Shown piece by piece: positions 17,118-27,247 of a DNA stretch of 38,403 nt. The first letter of the stretch is position 1. Every line of letters begins with the position of its first letter. The stretch lies in contig CAYTCB010000001.1 in the NCBI GenBank assembly GCA_964436195.1, forward strand, positions 33,751 through 72,153, written 5' to 3'. The position numbers and the translations under genes are program-made. Under the pieces are notes generated by a model. The model was not told where the DNA came from. It worked only from the letters and a program-made list of their open reading frames with translations, and searched no databases. Source of the DNA: an uncultured Elusimicrobiaceae bacterium (lineage in GTDB: Bacteria; Elusimicrobiota; Endomicrobiia; Endomicrobiales; Endomicrobiaceae).

Positions 17118-20100
17118 TTACTGGTTGTTGTTATGTTCTTTATCTATCATTCTGAGCTCTGGTCTTCCGAGAAGTTTTCTGGACCACATTCTGAAAGAGT
17201 TCAAGTATTCAAATATAGCCGGTACTATAAGCAAAGTCAGTACCGTCGAGCTTACAATTCCGCCTATTACGACTATACCCATGCTCATTCTGAATTTTCC
17301 CACTTCGCTTAATCCCATTGCGGTCGGAAGCATACCTGCCGCCAAAGCGACAGATGTCATCAAAATAGGTCTTAATCTTTTTTTGCCTGATATTACGATC
17401 GCTTCTTTTATGTCATATCCCTTTCTCATCATCTGCTGTATATAGTCAACAAGCAGAATGGAGTTTTTGGCAACGATACCGAGCAACATTATAAATCCTA
17501 TCATCGTAAACGTGCTTATCGACTGGCTTGTCATGTAAAGAGCCAGAAGTCCGCCGACTATCGCCAAAGGAAGAGCGACCATTATGGTAAACGGCGTTAT
17601 AAGAGATTCATACAAGCTTGCCAGAACCATGTATATAAATAACAGTGACAGACAAGCGGCGATAATCATGTTTGTAAACAATTCTTTCATCTGTTCCGAA
17701 TCTCCTGAAAAATCGTAAGTTAAATCTTTCATAGAAACATTTTCCGGTTTAGCCTTTTCTTCTTTTATAATTTTTTCAACCTGTTTCTGTATCCCCTGCA
17801 GGTTTGCGTTTGACGCAAGATTTCCTTCAATTGATATATATGTCGATCTATCGCGTCTGTATATCTTAGTAGGGCCTTCTGCGTCTACAAGAGAAGAAAC
17901 ATTGCGCAGTCTAAGCAGTTTGTTGTTTGTGTTTCCTATGTAAATATCGTTAAATGCGCTCATAATATCTTTTTGGTCGTCCTGCAGTTTAACCCTTATA
18001 TCGTATTCAAGCCCGTTTTCTCTGTATTTTGCCGGAGTTACTCCCTCAACCATCGCTCTGAGCTCGCTGCCTGCCGTTACCGAATGGACTCCGAAAGCAA
18101 GCATTTTATCCGGATTCATTATAACCTGTCTTTCCGGCTTTCCGCTTCTTAAATTTGTTGAGATATCAAGAAGCCCGTCAATATTGCTGAATTTGGTTAT
18201 AAGAAAGTTTGCGGTTTTAGAAAGAGTAGCAGTATCATCTCCGTATAACATAAGCGAAAACGGTTTTTCAGTTCCGAATGATCCCATATCGTCAAATGAG
18301 AGGATTAAATCTTTATCAAATTTATCTTTCAAAAGATTTCTTAAGTTTTGTTTCATCTGGTTTGTTGATACTTTTCTTTCCTTATCAGGAACCATTTTTA
18401 CGAAAATCGTGGCCTTATTAAGTTCTTTCTGCGAATTACCTACCATGGTAACGGCATACTCAATCTCTTTTTCATTCATTACGGATGTTTCTATTTCTTT
18501 TACGTAATTAGAATTCAAATAGCTTAACGAAGTTCCCGGTTTAGCCTCAAGATTAATTAAAAATTCGCCGTTTTCATGGCTTGGCATGAAAACAACAGGC
18601 AGAAATTTCGCTATATAAAGCGATGAGAAAAATATTAAAACAGTAATTGAAAGAACTTTCTTTTTATTTCCAAGAATATATCTGACTGTTTTTTCATAAA
18701 ACTTTTCGGTTAAATGATAAAATTTATTAAACCAGCCTACTGTCAGCATTCTGAAAACTCTTACAAAAATATTTTGTTTTTTCTCTGCGATTTTTCTTTT
18801 TGTTATCATATACGCCGAAAGAAGAGGCGCTATGGTCAAAGCGTCAAGAAGCGATATTATCATCGCAAAAACGACTGTCAGTCCGAATTCTCTGAAAAAC
18901 TGGCCTACTATTCCGGACAAAAATCCGATAGGCAAAAACACCGATATAACGGTAAGGGTAGTTGCTATTACCGCCAAAGCAACTTCATTTGTTCCTTTTT
19001 CGGCCGCTTCAACGGGATCTTCTCCTTCCTCGTAATGTCTGAATATGTTTTCTCGCACAACGATAGCGTCATCTATAAGAAGTCCTACCGTCAGAGATAA
19101 AGCCATAAGCGAAATAACGTTTATGCTGAAATCAAACAGAGACATAAAAATAAATGCGCCTATTAAGCTGTTCGGTAAAGCAAGAGCAGTAATAAAAGTT
19201 GATCTCCAGCTTCCCAAAAAGAAATAAACTACGACGATCGCAAGAAATATTCCTTCAAATATTGTTGCCGTAACGTCTTTGATGTTTGCTCTTACGGGCC
19301 ATGCGGCGTCTTTTACTATTTTTAATTTGGGCTGACCTTTAATCGAATCGGCCTTTTTATTCAATTCGGCAACTTTCGTCGTAAGATGATCTGATATTCT
19401 TACATCGTTTGATTTTGCCTGTTTGTAAACGGCAAGAATCAGGGTATTTTCCGATTTAATTTCTCCGTTTTCTTTAATATTGATTCTTCCGATCGTATAA
19501 GTTTCTTCGGTTGAATCTTTGACTTTTGCTACATCTTTTATAGTGACGGGGACATCGTTGCCGACAAAGTTTACTATTACATCGCTTATTTGTCTTATGG
19601 AACGGAATTCGCCGATAGTTCTGAAAGATACGTCTTTAGGCCCTTTTGAAAAATGCCCTATAGGGATATTGGTGCTGTTTAAAGCCACTTTTGAAGCAAC
19701 AGCCGTCAATGTCATATCGTATTGTTTCAGTTTGTTTTTATCTACGTCAACGTGAATTTCTCTTTTTGTTCCTCCGAAGATGTCAACTTTTGAAACGCCG
19801 TCAATTCTTGAAAGTTCCTTTTTGTAATAATCGTCGGCAAGATCGTATATCTCGTTATCTTTAAGATCGGCTCTTAAGCTGATTAAAAGTATCGGCTGAG
19901 AGTTAGGATCAAGTTTTTGTATTATAGGCTCTTTTATATCGGTAGGGAAATCATTTCTGATTTCGGCTATCTTATCTTTTACTTCCTGAAGAGCTATATC
20001 CGGATCTTTGCTGAGGTTAAATTCAACCCACGCCATGCCGTAGCTGTCCTGGCTTACGGAGTAAATGTGTTTTATTCCCGATACAGAACTTACGGCGTCT

Positions 20101-20303
20101 TCAACTTTTTTATTTACTAAAAGCTCTATTTCTTCAGGGCCTGCTCCCGGATACTGTATTGTCACTACGACATAAGGGAATTCAACGTCCGGGAACATTC
20201 TTACAGAAAGCGTTTTCATCGCTATTAATCCGATGACGATAACTGCCATCAATAAAGCGAATATAAAAGTGGGCCTTCTGATTGCGATTTTTGCTAAATT
20301 CAT
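17118..20303 (-). CDS. RND-family efflux transporter permease (AcrB/HAE1-like)
   Basis: 1061 aa. N-terminus NLAKIAIRRPTFIFALLMAVIVIGLIAM, two large periplasmic loops and 12 TM segments. TM4-region motif LSLTVGLLIDDAIVVRENI and C-terminal repeat GIVAKNSILLVDY. Confidence 0.93.
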   Translation of the reverse strand: MNLAKIAIRRPTFIFALLMAVIVIGLIAMKTLSVRMFPDVEFPYVVVTIQYPGAGPEEIELLVNKKVEDAVSSVSGIKHIYSVSQDSYGMAWVEFNLSKDPDIALQEVKDKIAEIRNDFPTDIKEPIIQKLDPNSQPILLISLRADLKDNEIYDLADDYYKKELSRIDGVSKVDIFGGTKREIHVDVDKNKLKQYDMTLTAVASKVALNSTNIPIGHFSKGPKDVSFRTIGEFRSIRQISDVIVNFVGNDVPVTIKDVAKVKDSTEETYTIGRINIKENGEIKSENTLILAVYKQAKSNDVRISDHLTTKVAELNKKADSIKGQPKLKIVKDAAWPVRANIKDVTATIFEGIFLAIVVVYFFLGSWRSTFITALALPNSLIGAFIFMSLFDFSINVISLMALSLTVGLLIDDAIVVRENIFRHYEEGEDPVEAAEKGTNEVALAVIATTLTVISVFLPIGFLSGIVGQFFREFGLTVVFAMIISLLDALTIAPLLSAYMITKRKIAEKKQNIFVRVFRMLTVGWFNKFYHLTEKFYEKTVRYILGNKKKVLSITVLIFFSSLYIAKFLPVVFMPSHENGEFLINLEAKPGTSLSYLNSNYVKEIETSVMNEKEIEYAVTMVGNSQKELNKATIFVKMVPDKERKVSTNQMKQNLRNLLKDKFDKDLILSFDDMGSFGTEKPFSLMLYGDDTATLSKTANFLITKFSNIDGLLDISTNLRSGKPERQVIMNPDKMLAFGVHSVTAGSELRAMVEGVTPAKYRENGLEYDIRVKLQDDQKDIMSAFNDIYIGNTNNKLLRLRNVSSLVDAEGPTKIYRRDRSTYISIEGNLASNANLQGIQKQVEKIIKEEKAKPENVSMKDLTYDFSGDSEQMKELFTNMIIAACLSLLFIYMVLASLYESLITPFTIMVALPLAIVGGLLALYMTSQSISTFTMIGFIMLLGIVAKNSILLVDYIQQMMRKGYDIKEAIVISGKKRLRPILMTSVALAAGMLPTAMGLSEVGKFRMSMGIVVIGGIVSSTVLTLLIVPAIFEYLNSFRMWSRKLLGRPELRMIDKEHNNNQ

Positions 20304-20309
20304 GATTTT

Positions 20310-21764
20310 TTACTCCAAAGTAATAATTTGTGTATCGTACAGCATCTGGCTTTCCAGCAATATAAAAATTAAATCCATTGAAAATTGATACTGGCTCAAA
20401 ACTGCGTCGTCAAGGTCGTCTTCGCTCTTTATCATGTCCGAAGTTGTGCTTCTTCCTCTTTTTAACAGTTTCTGTTCTTCAATATTTCTTTCCTGCTGGA
20501 TTTTATTTATTTCTTTTGCTATTTCGTATTTTTCAAGCGTATTTTTCCAATTTGCGTTTAACTGGTTCCAGTCGTTCTTTTCCGAAAGCTCGGCTGCTTC
20601 AGCCTGTTTTGAAGCAGCGTTTAACTGTGCTTCAAATCCTTCGTTTACGGATTTCTGTATTGAAAAATCAAGAGGCACCGAATAGGATAATCCCAAAGCC
20701 CATGACGGATAATTAAGTTTTGCCATTTCAGACGAAGCTCCCGTGAAAGAGGAATCTGCTCCGTTAAATGCGAACTTGCCGCTTACTTTTAAATCGGCTC
20801 CTATAGATTTATTTTTTTCTTCTGCGGTATATTTTGTATTTTCAACGGTTGCAAGCGCCGCAAGAACGTCGGCTCTTTTGCCTCCGTTTCTTTTAAGTTC
20901 CGAAATTCCATTAAAATATTTCTCCAGATTGTTTATCGATTCAATTTCATAGTCCGAAGCGTTTGAGGAAATATTCATCATTTCATTGAAATTTCTTGAA
21001 GCCGTCATTACGTCAAACTGCGACTGCTTCAATGCAAGCTCTCTTCCTTTATAAAGGGCCTTAGACTGTAAAACATCGTTTCTTTCCGCCAGATCCCTGT
21101 TGTATCTTGATTCGTTCCATTCAAGAATTTTTCTGCTTCTTTCAAAAGACTGTTTTCTAAAATCGGAAACGGTTCTTGCATACGAAAGAGCCCAGTAAAC
21201 TTTTTTTGCGTTTAAAAGAATCTGCTGTTTTTTATATGTCTGCAGATAAAGTAAAGAGCGCGAAGCGGCTTTTGCTTTTGATATTGAAATTTTTGTAAGA
21301 TCGCCGTTAAAATTCTTCAGAAGAGACTGTTCAAGTGCCACATAGGGAGCCATGTCTGTAGTTTCGTACAGAGGCAATATGTATTTAACAGACGAATAAT
21401 TTGTGCCGTATCCGGCTGAAAAAAGCGTTCCCGTTTCAAACTGTTTATTTACGGAAACATCAAAATTCAGAGCTTGTATTTTCTGGTCGGCAAATTGTCC
21501 TGAAGCCGAATTGTAAGCTCTTGTTTTATCGTTTGCGTAAGTAAGATTTGAGCCGAGAGTGGCAGAATAGGCCCTGAAGCTTTCTTTAAATTGTTTTGAT
21601 ATCGCTTCAATCTGAAAATTTATTTCTTTCAGCGAGCTGTTGTTTTCTTCAACCTTTTGCACGTACTGGTCTACCGTCAAAAATTCCGCACTTGCGGCGT
21701 TTGTCAAAAAAAAGCATCCGCACGCAAATACAAAAAAAAGTATTTTTTTTGTTTGTTTTTTCAT
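20310..21764 (-). CDS. TolC-family outer-membrane efflux protein
   Basis: 484 aa with a signal peptide (KKILFFVFACGCFFLTNAASA). Two-fold repeated coiled-coil / beta architecture typical of OEP proteins. Lies 6 nt upstream of the RND gene. Confidence 0.85.
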   Translation of the reverse strand: MKKQTKKILFFVFACGCFFLTNAASAEFLTVDQYVQKVEENNSSLKEINFQIEAISKQFKESFRAYSATLGSNLTYANDKTRAYNSASGQFADQKIQALNFDVSVNKQFETGTLFSAGYGTNYSSVKYILPLYETTDMAPYVALEQSLLKNFNGDLTKISISKAKAASRSLLYLQTYKKQQILLNAKKVYWALSYARTVSDFRKQSFERSRKILEWNESRYNRDLAERNDVLQSKALYKGRELALKQSQFDVMTASRNFNEMMNISSNASDYEIESINNLEKYFNGISELKRNGGKRADVLAALATVENTKYTAEEKNKSIGADLKVSGKFAFNGADSSFTGASSEMAKLNYPSWALGLSYSVPLDFSIQKSVNEGFEAQLNAASKQAEAAELSEKNDWNQLNANWKNTLEKYEIAKEINKIQQERNIEEQKLLKRGRSTTSDMIKSEDDLDDAVLSQYQFSMDLIFILLESQMLYDTQIITLE

Positions 21765-22372
21765 TTTAATCCCCTGAGTATTAAATCTGCCAATTTATCA
21801 ATGTATGCTTTTAAATCGGCATTCTTTTCCATAGTTATGTTTCCGTCTGAATCAATATCTGCAACTCTAAACAAATCGGTTGCAACGGCAAAATTTGGCG
21901 CAGGCAGAATAAGAGGCAGTATGTGCTGTATTTTCAAATTCTGCGCTATGTCTTTGTCTTTTTTACACTGTTCTATTATAGGTATAAGAAAACGCATTTC
22001 TTCTTTTTTATGTTTTGCAAGCAGTTTGTCAAAAGATCTGTTTAGTATTTCTTTAAAGAATACCGTTATGAGCTGTTTATTCGTAAGCGTCATTACGGCT
22101 CTTTCATAAATAACGGCTTTCAGCTTATCCTTTGCCCTTAAATGTTTTTCAGCGGCTTTTTTCTGGCATTCAAGATGTTTATTAAAAAGACTTTCAAACA
22201 AAAGTTCTATAAAATTTTCTTTTGTTTTGAAATAATAATGGAACATTCCCAAATTCACGCCGGCCTTTTTACACAGATGCCTTACGCTGAATTTTTCAAA
22301 ACCGACTTCAATAAGAAGTTTTTCTCCGGTATTGAACAACAATAAATCTATATTATGAGATGGTCTGGTCAT
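21761..22372 (-). CDS. TetR/AcrR-family transcriptional regulator (probably on a leaderless mRNA)
   Basis: N-terminal HTH FEKFSVRHLCKKAGVNLGMFHYYFKTKENF. Start chosen at ATG 22372-22370 (MTRPSHN). The track's TTG start at 22390 lies inside the promoter -10 region. Confidence 0.88.
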   Translation of the reverse strand: MTRPSHNIDLLLFNTGEKLLIEVGFEKFSVRHLCKKAGVNLGMFHYYFKTKENFIELLFESLFNKHLECQKKAAEKHLRAKDKLKAVIYERAVMTLTNKQLITVFFKEILNRSFDKLLAKHKKEEMRFLIPIIEQCKKDKDIAQNLKIQHILPLILPAPNFAVATDLFRVADIDSDGNITMEKNADLKAYIDKLADLILRGLK

Positions 22373-22377
22373 ACGTA

Positions 22378-22408
22378 TAATTATACACAAGTATAATTAA
22401 CATGTCAA
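22378..22408 (-). promoter_or_regulatory. Consensus promoter plus overlapping palindromic operator of the tetR-tolC-RND operon
   Basis: Minus strand reads TTGACA (22408-22403), 17 nt, TATAAT (22385-22380), with ATG 7 nt downstream. Perfect inverted repeat aattatac-acaa-gtataatt (22379-22398) overlaps the -10. Confidence 0.7.
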
Positions 22409-22443
22409 TAGCTTTATTGGTTTAAATTATTCCGTCGAGATTT

Positions 22444-23172
22444 TTATTTTTTATATCTGTTCTGCCAGCAGGAGAGTGCAAAATATACTATAAAAAAAAC
22501 TGCGGCGTATAAAATTACGCTTTGTCTGAAAACCCCGTTGAAAAAAAGAGGATAAACCGGATTAAAAACAATACCCGTAAACATAAAGAACCAAAAAAAC
22601 AAATTCGATTTAAATTCTTTCCTCAGATAATATACAAAATAAAATGATGTAACTGCAACAATTGTTCCAAGAAGAACGTAGAAAACATCGTTATGTTTTG
22701 TGCTGTGCGCGTATATCAGCATTACGGCCGACAGAATCAGAGGAAAAAATTTATAATAATTATCTTTAAAGTTTACTTTGTTTACAAGTTCAAGGGTAAG
22801 CAAAAGAATAAAAAGAACAAACCATATAAAAAGAGTTCTTGCAAATTTACGTTCCGCTTCGCGTATAAACGTGTTCTCACGGCCTAATAAAGAATGTTCC
22901 TGAAGCCATGAAACTTCATCCTGATAAGACTGGTTTTGTTCAATTTCCGCCGCCGTATTTTGTTTTATTTCTTCGGCGGGATTTTGCCCCATTCCCGATA
23001 CGAAAGAATAAAGAATTCTTTCTTCCTGAGCTATAGACTGGGATATGTTATTGTTTATTTCAGTGTTCAGGGGCACTATAAAAATATTCCAGAAAGAAAC
23101 GACGAAAAGCAAAAAAACCAAAAAAAGGAGAATTATCATGTAAAAATACTTATCTATAAACTTCATAACCAT
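22444..23172 (-). CDS. Hypothetical polytopic membrane protein
   Basis: 242 aa. One N-terminal TM, a polar Q/E-rich segment, then 4-5 TM segments. Lies 23 nt downstream of the porin gene on the same strand. No family recognised. Confidence 0.6.
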   Translation of the reverse strand: MVMKFIDKYFYMIILLFLVFLLFVVSFWNIFIVPLNTEINNNISQSIAQEERILYSFVSGMGQNPAEEIKQNTAAEIEQNQSYQDEVSWLQEHSLLGRENTFIREAERKFARTLFIWFVLFILLLTLELVNKVNFKDNYYKFFPLILSAVMLIYAHSTKHNDVFYVLLGTIVAVTSFYFVYYLRKEFKSNLFFWFFMFTGIVFNPVYPLFFNGVFRQSVILYAAVFFIVYFALSCWQNRYKK

Positions 23173-23195
23173 AATTTTCCCCCCGGCCGCTTAAA

Positions 23196-24449
23196 TCAAA
23201 AACAAAAAGTCAGTTCCGTTTTGAAAAAAGATCCGCTTTTTAATTTTTCGTTATTATAGAAATCTCCGGCAGTAAAATATTCCCCGTACAACAGAAATTT
23301 TACATTTTTATTAAACTGATGGCAAAATTCGGCCAAAGCGAGGCTTCCTCTGTTGTTGCCGTTTCCGAATATACTTCCGGTTACGGTCTGGTTTGCGTAA
23401 AGCAAAGCATAAGTACCCGCAACGTATGTTTTTTTTGAAATGTTAAGTTTGTACTGCGCCTGATACATTTTTAAATTAGACCAGTATCCGACGTCTCCTG
23501 TTTCAGGCAGATATATAAAACACATCAGATCGGACCATATAAACATTCCTCTTCCGTAGAGATTATTCCATCCTTCGTCGGCGCTTGTCTTTTCGTCGTC
23601 TCCGGATAAATAATATCCGCCGATGCTTACGATATCGTTGAAAAATACTTTTTCACGCTCGATAAATCCGTATCCGCCGTAAGCTGTTCCGGTTTCATGC
23701 AGATTGTCTCTAAGCTGTCCGGCAAATTGTCCTTTGAAGGTCCACGGCCCGTTTTTATATCTGACATAACTGCCCAGAGTATGTATATTTTCATAATAAG
23801 CTATGTTTTCATTCTTATATATATAAAACGGTTCTATGTAAAGTTTATTTGAAAGATTGCTTTTTACAAAAATCATCGCCGAACTTTCATTGCTGTTGTT
23901 AAGTTTTGAAGGGGGATTGTTTTGATTTAGAACCGGCAGATATTGTTCGTATTTTGTTCCGCAGTGCCCGACGATTTCTATAGTCGCAGGTTTGGTTTTT
24001 ACCGTAAATTTTGCGGCATTAAAATATATTGATCTTGATCCGTCGCCGGGTGTTCCTTCCCATACCAAAAATCCGTCTCCGTAATAAAGATTCTGTCTTC
24101 CTATACGGATATCAAGAATATTTCCGAAAAGATTTTTGGCGTCAAAATATAAATTTTCAAAAATAAATTCGTTTATGCTGTAATCAGATGATTTGCCCGG
24201 CATATTGTATATGTAAGGCCTGTTTTCATTCATAAGTTTTACATAAGCGGAATAATTCGGGCTGAAATCGGTTTTTAATCCGACAGCTGTTTTTATTCTG
24301 AAAGTATTATAATTGAGATCTTTGTAATTGTTTTCAAAATCCTGAACCACATAACGAAGTCTCATGTAAAAATCGGGAGTTATTTCAACGGCTTTAACGG
24401 AAGCCGCATACGACAAAATACAAACCAAAGCCAATATAAAACGTTTCAT
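23196..24449 (-). CDS. Outer-membrane beta-barrel porin, alginate-export (AlgE-like) family
   Basis: Signal peptide MKRFILALVCILSYAASVKA. Motif LDIRIGRQNLYYGDGFLVWEG...SIYFNAAKF matches the Alginate_exp signature (GRQ.l.yG.g.l). C-terminal ..ELTFCF. RBS GGAGGA. Confidence 0.7.
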   Translation of the reverse strand: MKRFILALVCILSYAASVKAVEITPDFYMRLRYVVQDFENNYKDLNYNTFRIKTAVGLKTDFSPNYSAYVKLMNENRPYIYNMPGKSSDYSINEFIFENLYFDAKNLFGNILDIRIGRQNLYYGDGFLVWEGTPGDGSRSIYFNAAKFTVKTKPATIEIVGHCGTKYEQYLPVLNQNNPPSKLNNSNESSAMIFVKSNLSNKLYIEPFYIYKNENIAYYENIHTLGSYVRYKNGPWTFKGQFAGQLRDNLHETGTAYGGYGFIEREKVFFNDIVSIGGYYLSGDDEKTSADEGWNNLYGRGMFIWSDLMCFIYLPETGDVGYWSNLKMYQAQYKLNISKKTYVAGTYALLYANQTVTGSIFGNGNNRGSLALAEFCHQFNKNVKFLLYGEYFTAGDFYNNEKLKSGSFFKTELTFCF

Positions 24450-24529
24450 TTTCCTCCGTAAGGCAAAAAATAATAACTAGTACAAAGCCGGCGGTTGAAA
24501 GCCATATCATACTAGTTTTTACAGGCACA

Positions 24530-24558
24530 AATATAACAATTCTGCGAGACTGTGTCAA
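24530..24558 (-). promoter_or_regulatory. Sigma70-type promoter for the porin gene
   Basis: Minus strand reads TTGACA (24558-24553), 17 nt, TATATT (24535-24530). A second TTGACA at 24589-24584 may form a tandem promoter. About 75-nt leader with an 8-bp inverted repeat aactagta/tactagtt. Confidence 0.5.
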
Positions 24559-24580
24559 TAAAATATAAAATTTACGGCAC

Positions 24581-24615
24581 AATTGTCAACCGTAAATAAA
24601 AATAAGTTGACAATT
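24581..24615 (-). terminator. Hairpin at the clpB stop codon (candidate clpB terminator)
   Basis: Perfect 10-bp inverted repeat aattgtcaac (24581-24590) / gttgacaatt (24606-24615) with a 15-nt AT-rich loop. The right arm overlaps the clpB TAA. The stem is AT-rich and has no clean U-tract. Confidence 0.35.
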
Positions 24616-27205
24616 ATGCTTTTTTGAAAACAAGTCCCTCGGATGTTTTTGAAACGTCTATTTTAACGGCAGTTCCTTCCGTAAATTCTCCGGATATGAT
24701 TTTTGCCGAAAGAGGATTAAGTATATAAGTCTGCAAAGCTCTTTTAAGAGGTCTTGCTCCGAATGAAGGCTCATATCCCTGCTCTGCTATGAAATCTTTG
24801 GCCTTGTCGGTTAAAGAAACAGTTATCTGTTTTTCCGAGAGCCTTTTTGCAATTGCGTTTAACTGAATATCTATAATTTTTCTTAAATCCTCTTTTTCAA
24901 GCCGTCTGAATATTATTATTTCGTCTATTCTGTTTAAAAACTCAGGTTTGAAATGAAGATGCAGCGCCTCATCGGTTTTCTTTTTAATTTCAGCGTAATC
25001 AGAACTTTCCTGTATCCACTGGGAACCTATATTTGAAGTCATTATTACAACGGTATTTTTAAAATCGACGGTTCTTCCCTGGCTGTCGGTCAGACGTCCG
25101 TCGTCAAGCATCTGAAGCATTATATTGAAAACTTCGGGATGCGCTTTTTCTATTTCATCAAAAAGAACTACGGAATAGGGTCTTCTTCTTACGGCTTCGG
25201 TAAGCTGGCCTCCCTCTTCAAAACCTACATATCCCGGAGGAGCTCCTATAAGTTTTGAGACGGCGTGTTTTTCCATGTATTCGGACATATCTATTCTTAC
25301 GATGTTTTTTTCATCGTCAAATAAAAGTTCCGCCAGAGCTTTTGCAAGTTCCGTTTTACCGACGCCTGTCGGGCCCAGAAATATAAAAGATCCCATAGGT
25401 TTATTGGGGTCTGAAATACCGGAGCGCGATCTTCTTACGGCGTTTGATATAGCAGTTACGGCGTCATCCTGTCCTATGACTCTTTTATGAAGTCTTTCCT
25501 CCATCTCAAGCAGTTTTTTCATTTCGCCTTCAAGCATTCTGGAAACAGGTATTCCCGTCCATTTGCTTACAACGGCGGCTATATCGTCGTCATCAACTTC
25601 TTCTTTGAGCATTTTCTTTTCTTTCTGAAGAGAATGCAGTTTTTTGTTTTCTTTATCGAGTTCTACCTGAACGGAAGGTATTTTCCCGTAGCGTATTTCG
25701 GCAACGGCGTTTAATTCTCCGTTTCTTTCGGCTTTTTGTTCGTCTATTTTGAGTTTTTCAACTTCTTCTTTGAGTTTTCTTATTTTTGATATTGCGTCTT
25801 TTTCTTTCTGCCAGTGCACTTTCATGGCGCTTGAAGAGTTTTTCAATTTTTCAATTTCAGACTCAATGTTTGCAAGACGTTCCTTTGCCGAAGAATCACC
25901 GTCTTTTTTTACGGCCTGTTTTTCAATTTCAAGCTGTGTTATTTTGCGTTCAACAGTATCGAGTTCGGCCGGCATTGAATCGATTTCAATTCTCAATTTG
26001 CTTGCCGCTTCATCTACCAGATCTATTGCTTTGTCAGGCAGAAATCTGTCGGTGATATATCTTGAGCTTAAAGCTGCCGCCGCCACAAGAGCCGAATCTT
26101 TGATTTTTACTCCGTGATGGACTTCATATTTTTCCTTTAAGCCTCTTAATATTGCAATAGTGTCTTCTGCAGAAGGCTCTCCTGTGTAAACCGTCTGGAA
26201 TCTTCTTTCAAGAGCTTTATCTTTTTCTATATACTTTCTGTATTCGTCAAGAGTAGTCGCTCCTATAAGTTTCAGCTCTCCTCTTGCAAGAAGAGGCTTC
26301 AGCATATTTCCGGCATCCATCGCTCCTTCGGTCGCTCCGGCTCCTACTATTGTATGGAGTTCGTCTATAAAAAGTATTATTTTACCCTGGGCAGACAGAA
26401 TTTCTTTTAAAACGGCTTTAAGTCTGTCTTCAAATTCTCCTCTGTATTTTGCTCCGGCTATCAAAGCTCCCAGATCCAAAGCGATTACTTTTTTATCTTT
26501 GAGAGACTCGGGCACGTCTTTTGAAACTATCCTCTGCGCCAACCCTTCGACTATGGCGGTTTTTCCCACACCCGGTTCGCCGATTAAAACTGGATTATTT
26601 TTAGTTCTTCTTGAAAGGACCTGAATGCTTCTTCGTATTTCTTCGTCTCTTCCTATTACGGGATCAAGCTTGCCTTTTTTGGCAAGGTCCGTTAAGTCTT
26701 TGCCGTATTTTTCAAGAGCCTGATATTTGTCTTCGGGATTTTGGTCTGTAACTCTGTTGTTGCCGCGTATTTCAACAAGAGCCTTTAAAACATTGTCCTG
26801 TGTTATCGAGTATTTTTTTAATATTTTGCAGGCTTCAGTATTTGGAAAACTTACGACCGCAAGCAAAAGATGTTCCGTTGATACATATTCGTCTTTCAAA
26901 TTTTTTGCAGTTTTTTCGGCTACAGAAAATATTTTTTCCAAATCCTGCGATATATAGCTTCTTGCTCCGGAAACCTTCGGTTTTGATTCTATAGAGTTTA
27001 ACAAATCTTTTTCTATAAGCTGCTGGATATTTTGTTCAGATGCGGACAATTTTGATATTATCGAACTGACTACGCCCTGTTCCTGTTTTAAAAGACTGTA
27101 AAGAAGATGCTCAGGCGTAATTTCCTGATTGCCGTGCAAAGAAGCCAGTTCCTGCATATCTGCAAGAATTTCCTGCGATTTTATAGTGAATTTATTGATA
27201 TTCAT
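24614..27205 (-). CDS. clpB: ATP-dependent chaperone / disaggregase ClpB
   Basis: Clp N-domain, two AAA+ modules (Walker [16 protein letters not shown] and [15 protein letters not shown]), a long coiled-coil middle domain and [10 protein letters not shown]. The second ATG (27205) is preferred because AGGAGG lies 5 nt upstream of it. Confidence 0.95.
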   Translation of the reverse strand: MNINKFTIKSQEILADMQELASLHGNQEITPEHLLYSLLKQEQGVVSSIISKLSASEQNIQQLIEKDLLNSIESKPKVSGARSYISQDLEKIFSVAEKTAKNLKDEYVSTEHLLLAVVSFPNTEACKILKKYSITQDNVLKALVEIRGNNRVTDQNPEDKYQALEKYGKDLTDLAKKGKLDPVIGRDEEIRRSIQVLSRRTKNNPVLIGEPGVGKTAIVEGLAQRIVSKDVPESLKDKKVIALDLGALIAGAKYRGEFEDRLKAVLKEILSAQGKIILFIDELHTIVGAGATEGAMDAGNMLKPLLARGELKLIGATTLDEYRKYIEKDKALERRFQTVYTGEPSAEDTIAILRGLKEKYEVHHGVKIKDSALVAAAALSSRYITDRFLPDKAIDLVDEAASKLRIEIDSMPAELDTVERKITQLEIEKQAVKKDGDSSAKERLANIESEIEKLKNSSSAMKVHWQKEKDAISKIRKLKEEVEKLKIDEQKAERNGELNAVAEIRYGKIPSVQVELDKENKKLHSLQKEKKMLKEEVDDDDIAAVVSKWTGIPVSRMLEGEMKKLLEMEERLHKRVIGQDDAVTAISNAVRRSRSGISDPNKPMGSFIFLGPTGVGKTELAKALAELLFDDEKNIVRIDMSEYMEKHAVSKLIGAPPGYVGFEEGGQLTEAVRRRPYSVVLFDEIEKAHPEVFNIMLQMLDDGRLTDSQGRTVDFKNTVVIMTSNIGSQWIQESSDYAEIKKKTDEALHLHFKPEFLNRIDEIIIFRRLEKEDLRKIIDIQLNAIAKRLSEKQITVSLTDKAKDFIAEQGYEPSFGARPLKRALQTYILNPLSAKIISGEFTEGTAVKIDVSKTSEGLVFKKA

Positions 27206-27220
27206 CATATCCTCCTATAA

Positions 27221-27247
27221 TTGGCACTCAAATTATTTGAGTGCCAG
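27221..27247 (-). promoter_or_regulatory. CIRCE element (HrcA operator) in the clpB leader
   Basis: TTGGCACTC-N9-GAGTGCCAG versus consensus TTAGCACTC-N9-GAGTGCTAA. The GCACTC-N9-GAGTGC core is perfect. Located between the -10 and the RBS. Confidence 0.85.

Noticed and set aside
22373-22390. TTG start giving MCIIIR- extension on the TetR regulator
   Set aside because: These codons coincide with the TATAAT box and the operator palindrome of the gene's own promoter, so they are unlikely to be transcribed as coding sequence.
24394-24582. 62-aa minus-strand ORF overlapping the porin start and its leader
   Set aside because: It overlaps the signal-peptide-coding start of the porin in another frame and spans the mapped promoter elements. 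It has no RBS, and its hydrophobic translation is explained by T-rich sequence.
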